Origin: Bdellovibrionota bacterium
Lineage (GTDB): Bacteria > Bdellovibrionota_C > UBA2361 > JBIKWN01
DNA: 39,501 bases
Direction of reading: 5' to 3'
NCBI GenBank assembly: GCA_044356295.1
Contig: JBIKWN010000018.1
Span: 1 to 39,501 of the forward strand
In this document: positions 17,907 through 28,221 of the stretch, piece by piece
Position numbering within the stretch: position 1 is the first letter of the stretch
Layout: each line of letters opens with the position of its first letter
Translations under genes and position numbers: made by a program
Notes under the pieces: generated by a model
The model's input: only the letters and a program-made list of their open reading frames with translations
The model's database searches: none
What the model was told of the DNA's origin: nothing

Positions 17907-18099
17907 GTCTCTCAGCTCTGAACGATGTTTTAGAATTTGACTAGATATTCCATTTATTATACTTATTTAGTTGCTACATTCAGATCACAGAATCTTTCAT
18001 TTGTTTAGATTTGAAAATCAATTCTTCTAAGATCTTCATGTCGTATTTTTACAATTTATTTTTTAACACTGCACATAAGATATTAAAAATATTAAAAAT

Positions 18100-18564
18100 A
18101 TGATGAGATTCGAACCAAATTTTACTGCTAAAATTGAACAATGTGGTGGACTAGAACTACTCGATCACTCGGCCATGTCTGTTACTTCATATAATGAGAA
18201 ATCACTTCAGTCCCTCAGACTACATGGGAATCAGCTTACTTTTTTCTCTATAACCCAATCTTTAGATGACCCTAATAACGAGAGATTTGGTATCATAGAT
18301 ATTGATGTTTCAAAATTAAATGGAACAGCAAAATACTTATATTCATCTTCATCTGATAAAGCTACCTTGGCAATTCTTTTCGATGGAAATTATCCTATGA
18401 AATTCGCTCGAAAAGAGGATCCTATGATGACAAGTTCGACTTGCTGGGGGATGTCAATCGATTTTGCAAATCATGCAGATGCCAAGAAATTTTTATCTGC
18501 TTTTACTCAAACAGTTATACCACTCCATGTCATTAACATCCCCGGCACCGAAGCATATTTATAG
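18100..18564 (+). CDS. hypothetical protein
   Basis: 154-aa ORF in AT-rich flanks; no recognisable motif. Confidence 0.6.
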   Translation: MMRFEPNFTAKIEQCGGLELLDHSAMSVTSYNEKSLQSLRLHGNQLTFFSITQSLDDPNNERFGIIDIDVSKLNGTAKYLYSSSSDKATLAILFDGNYPMKFARKEDPMMTSSTCWGMSIDFANHADAKKFLSAFTQTVIPLHVINIPGTEAYL

Positions 18565-18903
18565 AAAATATTTATTTACATTTTTTTCCCTTAGTGTTGG
18601 GCATAAGTCCCTCTTGGTGTTAGCAACAGTCCTATAGAATTTTTTGGAAAAAATGAATTGATATTTATGATGATTGAGGTGTAGCGGCTCCAGCTTGATG
18701 AAGTTTTGAAAAACAACCTACAACCCAAAGCATAGATTCTAATTAATTTTGTTAAAAGATTATTAAATTCCAATAGCAACGTACTTTAGATGTACTGGGA
18801 TCAGAAGAAACGTTTCCGTAAAGGGAATTACGAATTGAGGCAAAGGTCAATATTTGAGTAGCAATTTAAATTATGTTAAAAAATAATTTTCAAAGGTAGT
18901 ACT

Positions 18904-20394
18904 ATGAACGATTTTCAAGATATTAATCACACCCCTAGAATTCAAAAAATTTCCAACCTTGAAATGCCTAGGTTGCAAGAACCGGAAGAAGGTTTCAAAC
19001 CGCTTGGCTTTAAAGACAAAGCACCTACTGTGAGTGAACTCGTTCAGAGCATATGCACAGGGTATGGGCTTCATCAAAATCGACTTGGAATATCGTATCA
19101 AAGCTATGATCTTGATCCGATTGAAGAATCAAAAAATACTTCAAAGAAACTGCAAGACCTACATAATCGTACTGCAGGATTATCGATGACCTGTAATGTT
19201 GGACAACAACATATCATCCAACAATCAATTCGTGCGCTCGTATTACACCCTCTCCTATTAGATGATCCTGCTCGTTCAGAAAAGTTTGTAGATAAAATTG
19301 TTAATTATGTAAAAAGTATTGAAAACTTAGATGATCATAATTTTGCAGGTATTTCTCAAACACATTCTTTTCTCATGGAAATAAGTTTCTTTGATAAATC
19401 TCAAAAATTGAAAATAAGAGAGATGCTTAATGCTGTAAAACTTGGAATCAAAGATGGTGGCGGTGCATTTATTCTTGCTGAATCAGAAAGATTTTATAAT
19501 GCAGTTGAAGACATTCCTTATCAAGAGATTGGGTTTTCAGTCAAAAGCCTTGAGGCATTACTTGATTCAGCAACAAGAATAAATGTGAATGAACCTCTCA
19601 CCCCAGGGGATCGCGTTGATTATCAAAAAATTATCTCAAAATACCTACTGCAGTTAATGGAAAAGAATCACTCCCTGGCGATAACGGGATGGGATAACTG
19701 GAGAGAGTCACCAGAGGCAATATCTATACTTTACCGCGTTTTAACAAACGATGCAGATATAAGTAGTCAAATTACTTTTTATGATTTTGATGATAATTTC
19801 AATCTCATAGAGTATTACTCAAATAGTAATCAAACTTGGCGAGTGCTTCCTGTCTTAAGAGGTGAGCCTTGTTATAAAGTTTTCAATCCATTTTCTCTTT
19901 TATCGCATGATGCTCATGTGAGAACGTGGGAAGGCTTTTACAATCGGCCTGAAGGACTGGCGGGATGCTTCGCGACTAATCGAGCTCAATATGCTGACTT
20001 TCCGAATTCTACAATTGCCACGTTGTATAGCGAGGATAATCTTACAGAACAAACTTACCAAGGACGTCAATGCCGTCCAGCAGCGACACTAATATTCAAC
20101 AATCAAATATTTGATACCATTCTTTTCGATGGAAAATTAGAAACGGCTACTGCAGTAAAAGCAATTTTTAATTATGATAATTACTTCGGCGCAGTCGCCA
20201 TGTTAAAATATCAAAGAATTCTACCGTTTATAAACGGTAGATTTATTACAGAGGTTCCGGAAGGTGAGATTTTAGAATTTAATCCATATCATTCTAATGA
20301 GAATATGATAATCGGTACCGGTACAGTCAAGCGGGCGAATGGCGAAATAGTTCAGTTCGGCGATTTAGAAGTTATAGCAAGAAGATATATATAA
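18904..20394 (+). CDS. hypothetical protein
   Basis: 496-aa uninterrupted ORF with AAGGT RBS; no recognisable domain. Confidence 0.8.
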   Translation: MNDFQDINHTPRIQKISNLEMPRLQEPEEGFKPLGFKDKAPTVSELVQSICTGYGLHQNRLGISYQSYDLDPIEESKNTSKKLQDLHNRTAGLSMTCNVGQQHIIQQSIRALVLHPLLLDDPARSEKFVDKIVNYVKSIENLDDHNFAGISQTHSFLMEISFFDKSQKLKIREMLNAVKLGIKDGGGAFILAESERFYNAVEDIPYQEIGFSVKSLEALLDSATRINVNEPLTPGDRVDYQKIISKYLLQLMEKNHSLAITGWDNWRESPEAISILYRVLTNDADISSQITFYDFDDNFNLIEYYSNSNQTWRVLPVLRGEPCYKVFNPFSLLSHDAHVRTWEGFYNRPEGLAGCFATNRAQYADFPNSTIATLYSEDNLTEQTYQGRQCRPAATLIFNNQIFDTILFDGKLETATAVKAIFNYDNYFGAVAMLKYQRILPFINGRFITEVPEGEILEFNPYHSNENMIIGTGTVKRANGEIVQFGDLEVIARRYI

Positions 20395-20469
20395 ATAGGA
20401 TTCTAGTTTAGAGATACAATATAGTTAACTGCTGCAATCACTAAGTTTTAAATTTTTTAACACGAAGCA

Positions 20470-22137
20470 TCATCCATATCCGAATGGGTTTCCACCGTCA
20501 TACTCGTTACGGATGTCAGTTGATTCAGCATTTGGCAAGAGCGTTACATCAATTGATTCGCTACCTTCTCCACCTCTCCACCCTTTCAATCGCATGGTAC
20601 TATTAGGGAAATCTTTCAATAACTTTTCAAATTGTTCAGGAGTCTTTATGAGAATCTCTTTACCTGAAACTTCAACAAAAGTAATAACATCACCCCTCTT
20701 AAGTCCTGCCTTTTGAGCTGGTGAACCTTTACTAACATTGTCGATATTTATACCCTCTCTCTGGAACCATCCAGTCCAATCTGTCCATTTAGAATATCCA
20801 ATCCCAAATCCAGTTTGCTTATGACGAGATCCTACATTTACTGAAAGAGAAAGAGGAGCTTTACTACCACCCCTAAATACTCCCATGGATACAGTTTGTC
20901 CCTGACAAGGTGAAACTAAATCAAAAAATTCTTTGGCATCTAATTCATGCACAGGACTATTTGATATCTTCGGCACTTTATGATTATTAAATGTTAAAAT
21001 AACATCGCCAATTTTCAGTCCAGCACGGTCTGCAGGACTGCCAGGTGTAATAGTGGTGACTTCCGCTCCTGGAACTTTCCCCCACCAAAAGTCGATTCTA
21101 GGCTTAACTTTTACCCCTAAATAACCAACTGTCGTTCCAAGCGATGCTGCACGCCCTTCGGGCGCATTCGATCCTTTACTCGACCCTGGTTTGTCATCAG
21201 TACGTTTTACCATCGAGAAAACAGTAGCTCTTTGATCTCCATCATCACCTGGTGAAACTACAATTTGCGGATCGCGATATTCAATTGCACATTTTACTTC
21301 ATCTGCACCGATTTGTGATAAAATTCTACCAAAGAAATTCATATCTCCGGATTTACTTTTTACATCATTTAATTTCTGCTCACTGATGGCTATTGTTAAT
21401 ATTTGAAAACCAATTTTTAAGTTAAATTTATCGGCTCTCGATTTGTTACTGATCGAGGTAACAGTACCATCAGAATCAATTTCAACACCAAGTATGTCTT
21501 TAAAAGCTTTTGCTTCTTCGACTCCTAACGGCTCTTTTTGAGCTGGTTTATCAGGATCTGCTTTCTTAGGTTCATTACTATTGTTTTGTTTATTTTGCTC
21601 GATGTACTTGATAATTTTTTCACACTCTGCTGTAGCAACACTCACACAACTATCATGAAGAATATTTAAAGCAATCTTTGGATCTTTTTCTGTTTCTGAT
21701 TCCTTATATTTATTAGATAACGAATCTATCAGATTATTCGTAGAGATATCTTTATCAAGGAATTGACTGAAAAATATTCCTTGAGGTGAAGACGCATCAT
21801 GTTTTGTAAGTCCGATTCCTAAAATCAAATATGCACGGGCTTTTATGAGTTCTGGATTAGAGTCAAATAGATTCTTTACTTCGTTTTGATCAGCATTAGG
21901 ATTATCTCGTAATTCTTTCAACGTTCTTAAAGCATCAGCATTTCTTGTAATAATGTCTTGAGCATTTTTTAAAACTTTCTCAACATAAGCTTGCTTATCA
22001 ATATTAGGAATATTTTTAATATGTTCTAGCTCACGGGCAATCATCGCATCACGCTGAGCACGTCTCACTTGTGCAAGAGAAACTTCAGGACCGGGGGTAG
22101 AAGGCAATTGATCTACTTTTTGAAGAATATTATTCAT
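20470..22137 (-). CDS. multi-PDZ domain protein
   Basis: YLGV...ITPGSPADRAGLKIGDVILTFN and GFGI...VSKGSPAQKAGLKRGDVITFV, plus a degenerate LGVEI...SRADKFNLKIG repeat. Probable ATG 22137 with AGAGGT RBS. Confidence 0.85.
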   Translation of the reverse strand: MNNILQKVDQLPSTPGPEVSLAQVRRAQRDAMIARELEHIKNIPNIDKQAYVEKVLKNAQDIITRNADALRTLKELRDNPNADQNEVKNLFDSNPELIKARAYLILGIGLTKHDASSPQGIFFSQFLDKDISTNNLIDSLSNKYKESETEKDPKIALNILHDSCVSVATAECEKIIKYIEQNKQNNSNEPKKADPDKPAQKEPLGVEEAKAFKDILGVEIDSDGTVTSISNKSRADKFNLKIGFQILTIAISEQKLNDVKSKSGDMNFFGRILSQIGADEVKCAIEYRDPQIVVSPGDDGDQRATVFSMVKRTDDKPGSSKGSNAPEGRAASLGTTVGYLGVKVKPRIDFWWGKVPGAEVTTITPGSPADRAGLKIGDVILTFNNHKVPKISNSPVHELDAKEFFDLVSPCQGQTVSMGVFRGGSKAPLSLSVNVGSRHKQTGFGIGYSKWTDWTGWFQREGINIDNVSKGSPAQKAGLKRGDVITFVEVSGKEILIKTPEQFEKLLKDFPNSTMRLKGWRGGEGSESIDVTLLPNAESTDIRNEYDGGNPFGYG

Positions 22138-22162
22138 AAAACCTCTAAACAAAGAACTTACT

Positions 22163-22193
22163 ATAGATATACAGAGATTTTACAAAATGTTAC
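22163..22193 (-). promoter_or_regulatory. shared bipartite motif GTAACA-N16-TATATCTAT
   Basis: Minus strand gtaaca-ttttgtaaaatctctg-tatatctat, upstream of the PDZ gene. Confidence 0.55.
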
Positions 22194-22234
22194 ATTAGAA
22201 GATCTATAGTAACTTATTGATATCATTAATGATT

Positions 22235-23281
22235 TTACTGTTTATAGATTTCTTTTCGAAGCTTCTCTGATTGACTCTTCATCGCCTGATCAAAGTCTAG
22301 TAGAGATTGTATGCCTTTCATCCAACTCTCGTAATTACCTACGATAAAAGTTTGTGGCGTAACATCAGGAATCTTGATCTCAGAAGTAGTATCTTTTAAG
22401 CCTTTGGCGAATGTACTATTGGTCGCTGCTTGATAGGCGATTAATCTTTGATTAAAAACATCCACAGGAATCAACTCAGTAGCATCAGCATTTTCTGCAA
22501 CGCGGTCGACAGCTGCAACATCACTCGTGTTAGCTCCCCAGCCTTGATAAATTCTCACATACTGACGAATGGTACCGTCTGAATCTTTCTTTTCTACAAC
22601 TCCCAGCACCGTCACTTGATGAATACTATCCTTGGAACCAGGTAACCAATTTAAAGTAGCAAAAAGTGGTGGAGATTTTGCTATGGCATCAGCATTATTC
22701 AAGAGAGAACTAAAAACTTTTGCTTTATCCGATTCACTCCCTATACCGATGTAAGATTGCCCAAAGATCGTTGAGAACATTTCAGATGACTTAGCAATGG
22801 TTACGCCAGATTCTGTTTGTGTTTGACCGTTTTGATCTTTAAACGTACGACTTACAGTGAAAGATTTAGTAATTGACTCCTGGAAAATAGACTCTACTTG
22901 ATCACGAGCAGCGAAATTCCCAGTAGGGTCAACCTGTTCAGGTTTTAATGTAAGCGTAATCCTAGCACCATTGACAACGGTATGACCTTTAATAGCTAAA
23001 TCTGAACAGATTCTTGCTAACTCAGCGGGGTCACGCTTTGCAAGAGCATACATAGCAGCAGCAGAAACACAGTCTGAACTAATCCCTTGGTTAATCTTGC
23101 TAGGATCATTTATTAGTTCCCGAAGCTCATTGGCAAATTCAGAACCTATACCCTTTTGACAATTACCTTTGTCGATTGCATCTTGGATACGTTGTAATTC
23201 CCTCTCAATGAAAGCGTTATTAGGTAATTCAGCCTTAGCGCTTCCTGTTGTATGTCTTACGGTTTCTTCTAATTTAGTCAT
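22235..23281 (-). CDS. putative papain/calpain-like cysteine protease
   Basis: INQGISSDCVSAAAMYAL (Gln + Cys), IHQVTVLGV (His), VRIYQGWG (aligns with the calpain-type xNPWG motif). Confidence 0.55.
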   Translation of the reverse strand: MTKLEETVRHTTGSAKAELPNNAFIERELQRIQDAIDKGNCQKGIGSEFANELRELINDPSKINQGISSDCVSAAAMYALAKRDPAELARICSDLAIKGHTVVNGARITLTLKPEQVDPTGNFAARDQVESIFQESITKSFTVSRTFKDQNGQTQTESGVTIAKSSEMFSTIFGQSYIGIGSESDKAKVFSSLLNNADAIAKSPPLFATLNWLPGSKDSIHQVTVLGVVEKKDSDGTIRQYVRIYQGWGANTSDVAAVDRVAENADATELIPVDVFNQRLIAYQAATNSTFAKGLKDTTSEIKIPDVTPQTFIVGNYESWMKGIQSLLDFDQAMKSQSEKLRKEIYKQ

Positions 23282-23298
23282 ATAATTAATACGAAACG

Positions 23299-25194
23299 TT
23301 ATGCTACTTTTTCATTAGACGATACTGAAGAATTGGAGCTAGGTTTTCCCCTACTCTTTTTCTCACGTTCAAGTTCCTCGAAGTATTCACCATATGTTTT
23401 ACTTTTTGCAGTTGTAAAATCTCTTTTGGTTTCTCCCATTTTTATTGAAGTCTCACGTTCTCTTTCAAATGAATGTGCATGGAAATCATCGCTATTTCCT
23501 TGCGAAGGAATATCATCATTTTTTATGCCTTTTTTCTTCTTTGCACCGTCTATGTCTGCATCTTTAGGTCGTTTATCTTTTTTATTTTTGATCTTCATTC
23601 TTTCAGTAAGTTTTTTACAAGAACGATGCACCCCTTCTTCAAATCCTTCTTTACTAGCTGTTTTTATATCTGCACCAAATGATTCATCAACAGCTACACC
23701 ACGTGAATCAAGGAGTTGAGTCATCTCATCAACAGCTTCATTGAAACGAGTGTGATATGCCTTGGAAAAAGGTGAATCTTTAATGGTGTCAGTTAAACCT
23801 GAGGCGATACCATCTTTAAATGCTAATCTATCTGTTTTCGAGAACTTCCATCGGTCATTAGCAATTTCACGACATGCTTTTGCAAGTTTTGCTCGCTCTG
23901 CAGGGGGCAAATGAGCATACTCAGAATCTATAATTTCCTTAAAGAATGAAATGTCTTTTTGTTTTAGTTTGCGTAATCCATGCTCTTTTACTTTTTCTGC
24001 AAGAGCATTTAGAGAAGCTTCTACCTCTTTTTCTGATAATGCTTTACTTCCCTTGAGCGTTCTCGAAAGTAGATTTTGATTTTCTCGGAATAAATTTTCT
24101 GCAGCTTCTTTGAATAAAGCATCTGTACTTTCTTCGCCAACTTTAGTTGCTGATTGCTTCACTGCATCGCAAATGATCTTCTTGACCGGATCTGATGACA
24201 AATATTGTGCAAGCTCTTTACCAAGTTCTTCAGGAAGCTTTTGTGTAGCATTTTTTAAGATTCCATCCTTTGCCAGTTGTTGAAGCGCTTGCTTTGTACT
24301 TTCCTCTAAAACATTCTCAGCAGTTGCAGAAGCAAGCTTTGAAGTTGCCCATTGCTGAACAACATCATCAACAGATGATCGCATCGCTGAGGCAACAGTA
24401 TCTGCTGCTGCATTGCCGAGAGCGACCTGTCTTTCAGTTGAAACAAGTAATTTAGTAATTAAGGAACCGCCTTCTTTTCCTACGACTGATCCAGTAACTT
24501 GCATTGCTTCTTTGGCAACACTTTTATAAAGAAGTGGATTAATCATTGCACGTCCAGTTTGTAATGCAGCATTTGCCTGACCAAATGAATAAACCGTCAT
24601 TGCTAGTTTTGCACCACCCCAGAGGAGCTTACTAAATCCTTCACTGAGCCTTGTATTATCACCACTTTTCCAAGCATCGATAAGTATTGAAAGCCCTTGA
24701 TAGATATCAGTGACGCCAACTGTATTCCCAATTTTTTCGATACCCTTACAAAGGTTTTCCCATGCACCATTAAGATCTCCAGTAAATAGACATGCTATCG
24801 ATTTACCAATATCAAACAAACCAAAGCCATCTATCAACGATATAACTGTGTCTTTGATAAAGTTAGAAACCTGAGGAACCAGACTTCCTAAGGATATTTT
24901 TATTCCAGACATATTGTCCCAGATCGTAGACCAAAAAGAAGGATCTGATTTTTCAATTTCTAAACAATTTTTGCCTGTAAGAGGGGGATACTGATTTGAA
25001 AGTGATAAAGATGAGTTAGCAGGGTTTATAACCTGTAGGTTTCCATTTACAGGATATTTAACTTCGTATTGTAGCGGGCTTTTAGGTGTATTAGGTAAGT
25101 TTGAAAATTGAATTGGTTGAGTGGCAACATTTGAAACATCAATGACATTAATGTCACTACTGTCTGCTTTTTTAAATTCGAGTTGTCCTGCCAT
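23299..25194 (-). CDS. hypothetical helical protein with hydrophobic Gly-rich segments
   Basis: 631 aa; hydrophobic/amphipathic stretches in about aa 90-215, Ala/Lys/Glu-rich helices, charged tail; GAGGT RBS. Confidence 0.8.
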   Translation of the reverse strand: MAGQLEFKKADSSDINVIDVSNVATQPIQFSNLPNTPKSPLQYEVKYPVNGNLQVINPANSSLSLSNQYPPLTGKNCLEIEKSDPSFWSTIWDNMSGIKISLGSLVPQVSNFIKDTVISLIDGFGLFDIGKSIACLFTGDLNGAWENLCKGIEKIGNTVGVTDIYQGLSILIDAWKSGDNTRLSEGFSKLLWGGAKLAMTVYSFGQANAALQTGRAMINPLLYKSVAKEAMQVTGSVVGKEGGSLITKLLVSTERQVALGNAAADTVASAMRSSVDDVVQQWATSKLASATAENVLEESTKQALQQLAKDGILKNATQKLPEELGKELAQYLSSDPVKKIICDAVKQSATKVGEESTDALFKEAAENLFRENQNLLSRTLKGSKALSEKEVEASLNALAEKVKEHGLRKLKQKDISFFKEIIDSEYAHLPPAERAKLAKACREIANDRWKFSKTDRLAFKDGIASGLTDTIKDSPFSKAYHTRFNEAVDEMTQLLDSRGVAVDESFGADIKTASKEGFEEGVHRSCKKLTERMKIKNKKDKRPKDADIDGAKKKKGIKNDDIPSQGNSDDFHAHSFERERETSIKMGETKRDFTTAKSKTYGEYFEELEREKKSRGKPSSNSSVSSNEKVA

Positions 25195-25217
25195 AAAACC
25201 TCATCAACTATATATAC

Positions 25218-25248
25218 ATAGTTATGTTTTAAAGCCTAAAAATGTAAC
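25218..25248 (-). promoter_or_regulatory. shared bipartite motif GTTACA-N16-CATAACTAT
   Basis: Minus strand gttaca-tttttaggctttaaaa-cataactat, upstream of ATG 25194. Confidence 0.6.
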
Positions 25249-25281
25249 ATATAATATTACCATCTAACTTATTGCAATTAC

Positions 25282-28197
25282 TCATCTATTTGATCTTAGA
25301 GCGTGTATGAGAAAATCTTTTTTAAGCTTTATCGCTTCTAATTCAAGGCTATTCGAGATTCCACTTACTTTCCTTTCATATGCAATCAAAATTCTGGAAG
25401 TAGGTGGATGATCTTTCGTATCGAAACCAAATTCTTCAAGTACTTGTGGAAGTCTAAAATTCGAAAATCTATCACTCACAATTCGTTCTAGACTGAAACT
25501 TTTTTCGCGTATTACTGTTGGTTGTTCTTGCTTAGGGTTAAGAGAGACAAGCGTGGGCTCAAAACCTTCAATTTTTCTAATCGTAGGAACTGCAGATTGA
25601 AGTTCAAGAGCACGATAAATACCAAAGTGTTTAGCAAGCACTGCTCTTGCTCTATAAAAAGTTTCGATATTGAATCTGTATATTTTTCTGTTTTCCCATT
25701 CAAATGTAATTTCATCTCTATCTGTCTGAACAACCTTTTCACTAGTGCCATCATATTGACCCTTTTGATTTACTGGTATGAATTTCCCTCTTTGTGCCCA
25801 ATCATGTCCCGATTCTTTCCTATCTTTTTCATATCCCATGAGCCACATGATCTCATCTTGATGAGCGTCCATGTATCGCATCTCACGTTTTAATGCGACA
25901 CCCATACGTCGATAATCCTCTTCACCCGCATAGTATAAAAAAGCGGCAGCGAATTTTGGACGAAGCACAGGACTTCCATCAATGTTATATATGGGATTAC
26001 CTGATTTATCTTTTACTTCAATCACCTCACCATAAAAAGTAGGCATGTTAATATACTTTGCCTCTTCCATATGAATGTCAGAAACAGCTTGCCATTCAAA
26101 AGAATAGTTATCTTTGCCGTCTCGACTTTTATATGCAGTTAAAGTATTTAACATTGGGATCGAAACACCTAATGCCGGCACAAACACATCCTTAAATGTA
26201 TATTTAATGCTTCCCACTCGTGCTTCTGGTAAATTTTTATATCTTGGGTCATCAAGTGCTTGTATTGATTCAGCGTGATGTTCAGATGCAATACCATCAC
26301 GAACAATGACTTCACTATCAAGTTCAAGTTTGGCGGTCCCTACTCGCGATCTAGTAGAAGATTCAGTAGTATCCAAATCAAAATTGTATGTCCCATTCTG
26401 AATATTTTCATTTATCCCGTCGCATTCATACCAACGACGAGTGAATTGGGCGTCTATGGCAGAATAAAGTGCAATTCCCCCTGTCTTCATAGCAGAGGTA
26501 ACGACTCTCTGTTGTTTAAAAACAGTACCCCTATCCATCCAATATCCAAGTGTTCCAGCAATCTGCTGAACCACCCAGAAATGTTGACGAACACTCCCCT
26601 TACTTCCATTACCGCTCAGATCATGTTGGACTGCTAGGTTTATATCTATGAGTATATGTCCCGAAATTCTTGTTACAGCTGCAGAATATTGACTTTTTCC
26701 TCTGAGGTTATGGAATGAAACGAGTTGTCCATAATCAATAACTTCTTGTGGTGCGAAATCATTCAAACGTCTAAAGAGTATCTCCATCTCACTACGAAGA
26801 CCCGGCGTATCTTTTACTTGATATCTAAATACAGCACTTCTCTCTGGTACTGCCTCAGGAAAATTTTTAAAGTGAGGACCGACTAGTGCTTGCGGGTTTG
26901 TCGCAACTAGAGAAGATCCAATGTTATTCTTCCTTAGGTCAGGGCGTGGCTTTTGTCTATCTTTTACTGGGCACCCAGCTGGGCTAAGAATTCTTCCATT
27001 AACGAGTGACATTGCGTAGTCACGCATGAGTTGAGAGTGTGTCAGCCCCTTACTATGATCAATCTTTCTAGAAATTTCTAAATTGATAGGTTCACCGCTG
27101 TGTGAAGGAACCTGAACAATTTCTATCATTTTTCCGGTCCCGCTTGGCGCATGGGTTGGAAGTCCGAATCCAGCTAACGCATTATCCCGTTGATAATCAT
27201 AGACATTTTTTGCAAAACGATCTGAGACTTCATACGTATAAAGACCTAAATCAAACGAATCACCTGTTTGTGGATCTGTCATGAAAAATGGTTCATACAG
27301 ACTTCTTCCACTACAATCCTTAAGGTAATCTTGACTCGCTTCTTCAGTAGTATATGGGAGCGCCATATCACTTTCACCCGAAGAATCAATTTTTGCAGAC
27401 TGAAGAAAAAAAGTGATATCACTTACTGCTCGTTCACCTGTTTGCATGACTGCAACTTCTGAACTCTGTATTACAGACAATCCAGAAAGCTCTTCATGTG
27501 GTGCTAGTGCTTCAAGTGAATTTGCTAAGGATGCTACCATATCGCGAAAGACACTTCCCTTATCATATCCATTCGGGTATGGCTCACTCTTTGGCGTCAA
27601 GTAGGGCACTTCAACCATATGAAATTTTTCAGGATGGCCGACTATAGGATACCCTAAATAGTTGGATTGAATTACTGGCCCTCTTCCTTCTGGGGAATAA
27701 TAATCTGGGCATATTTTGGAAAATTCTACATGGTGACGACCAAGACCATTTTCTAAAGTAATCGAATTTTTTTCATCATACTGCGCTTTTTTAGATTTAA
27801 AATCTTTTGCCTTAGTAACACAAAGAAAAAATTGCTTTGGCACTTCGGTAGCAAACTCATCAAAAAATGCACCTGTAATTACTCCGAGCCGCGGTGAAAA
27901 AGATTGGTCCTCGCCGTCATATTTATCTTCCTCACTCAAAAGTTCAGGATGTTTAGAAATAAGATGATTAAACGCACGTGGATCATTTTCACTTATAATT
28001 TGTAAAAATTGATGATGTGGATTTATAAATCCGTGATTAATGTATGCTTCTGCAAGAGAAGTAATCAAAGTCACGCGGTAGCCATTAGCAGTTTCAATTG
28101 AAATAACTGTATCTTCAATAGGTTGATGAAATCTCTTGAAGTGGGCAGGTGCCTCCTCTTTAGTAGTAGGATCTATTTTTGCGAGGTGTTCAATCAT
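25282..28197 (-). CDS. large hypothetical protein
   Basis: 971-aa uninterrupted ORF with CAGGT RBS; no recognisable domain. Confidence 0.85.
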   Translation of the reverse strand: MIEHLAKIDPTTKEEAPAHFKRFHQPIEDTVISIETANGYRVTLITSLAEAYINHGFINPHHQFLQIISENDPRAFNHLISKHPELLSEEDKYDGEDQSFSPRLGVITGAFFDEFATEVPKQFFLCVTKAKDFKSKKAQYDEKNSITLENGLGRHHVEFSKICPDYYSPEGRGPVIQSNYLGYPIVGHPEKFHMVEVPYLTPKSEPYPNGYDKGSVFRDMVASLANSLEALAPHEELSGLSVIQSSEVAVMQTGERAVSDITFFLQSAKIDSSGESDMALPYTTEEASQDYLKDCSGRSLYEPFFMTDPQTGDSFDLGLYTYEVSDRFAKNVYDYQRDNALAGFGLPTHAPSGTGKMIEIVQVPSHSGEPINLEISRKIDHSKGLTHSQLMRDYAMSLVNGRILSPAGCPVKDRQKPRPDLRKNNIGSSLVATNPQALVGPHFKNFPEAVPERSAVFRYQVKDTPGLRSEMEILFRRLNDFAPQEVIDYGQLVSFHNLRGKSQYSAAVTRISGHILIDINLAVQHDLSGNGSKGSVRQHFWVVQQIAGTLGYWMDRGTVFKQQRVVTSAMKTGGIALYSAIDAQFTRRWYECDGINENIQNGTYNFDLDTTESSTRSRVGTAKLELDSEVIVRDGIASEHHAESIQALDDPRYKNLPEARVGSIKYTFKDVFVPALGVSIPMLNTLTAYKSRDGKDNYSFEWQAVSDIHMEEAKYINMPTFYGEVIEVKDKSGNPIYNIDGSPVLRPKFAAAFLYYAGEEDYRRMGVALKREMRYMDAHQDEIMWLMGYEKDRKESGHDWAQRGKFIPVNQKGQYDGTSEKVVQTDRDEITFEWENRKIYRFNIETFYRARAVLAKHFGIYRALELQSAVPTIRKIEGFEPTLVSLNPKQEQPTVIREKSFSLERIVSDRFSNFRLPQVLEEFGFDTKDHPPTSRILIAYERKVSGISNSLELEAIKLKKDFLIHALRSNR

Positions 28198-28221
28198 ATA
28201 ACCTGCTGACTTACTAGATCA

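Noticed and set aside
18565..18900. Possible decayed gene or the 62-aa ORF 18591..18779
   Set aside because: Frames are interrupted by stops and no family resemblance is recognisable; cannot be supported.
20470..22137. HtrA/DegP or C-terminal processing protease
   Set aside because: PDZ domains are present but no catalytic protease motifs or signal peptide.
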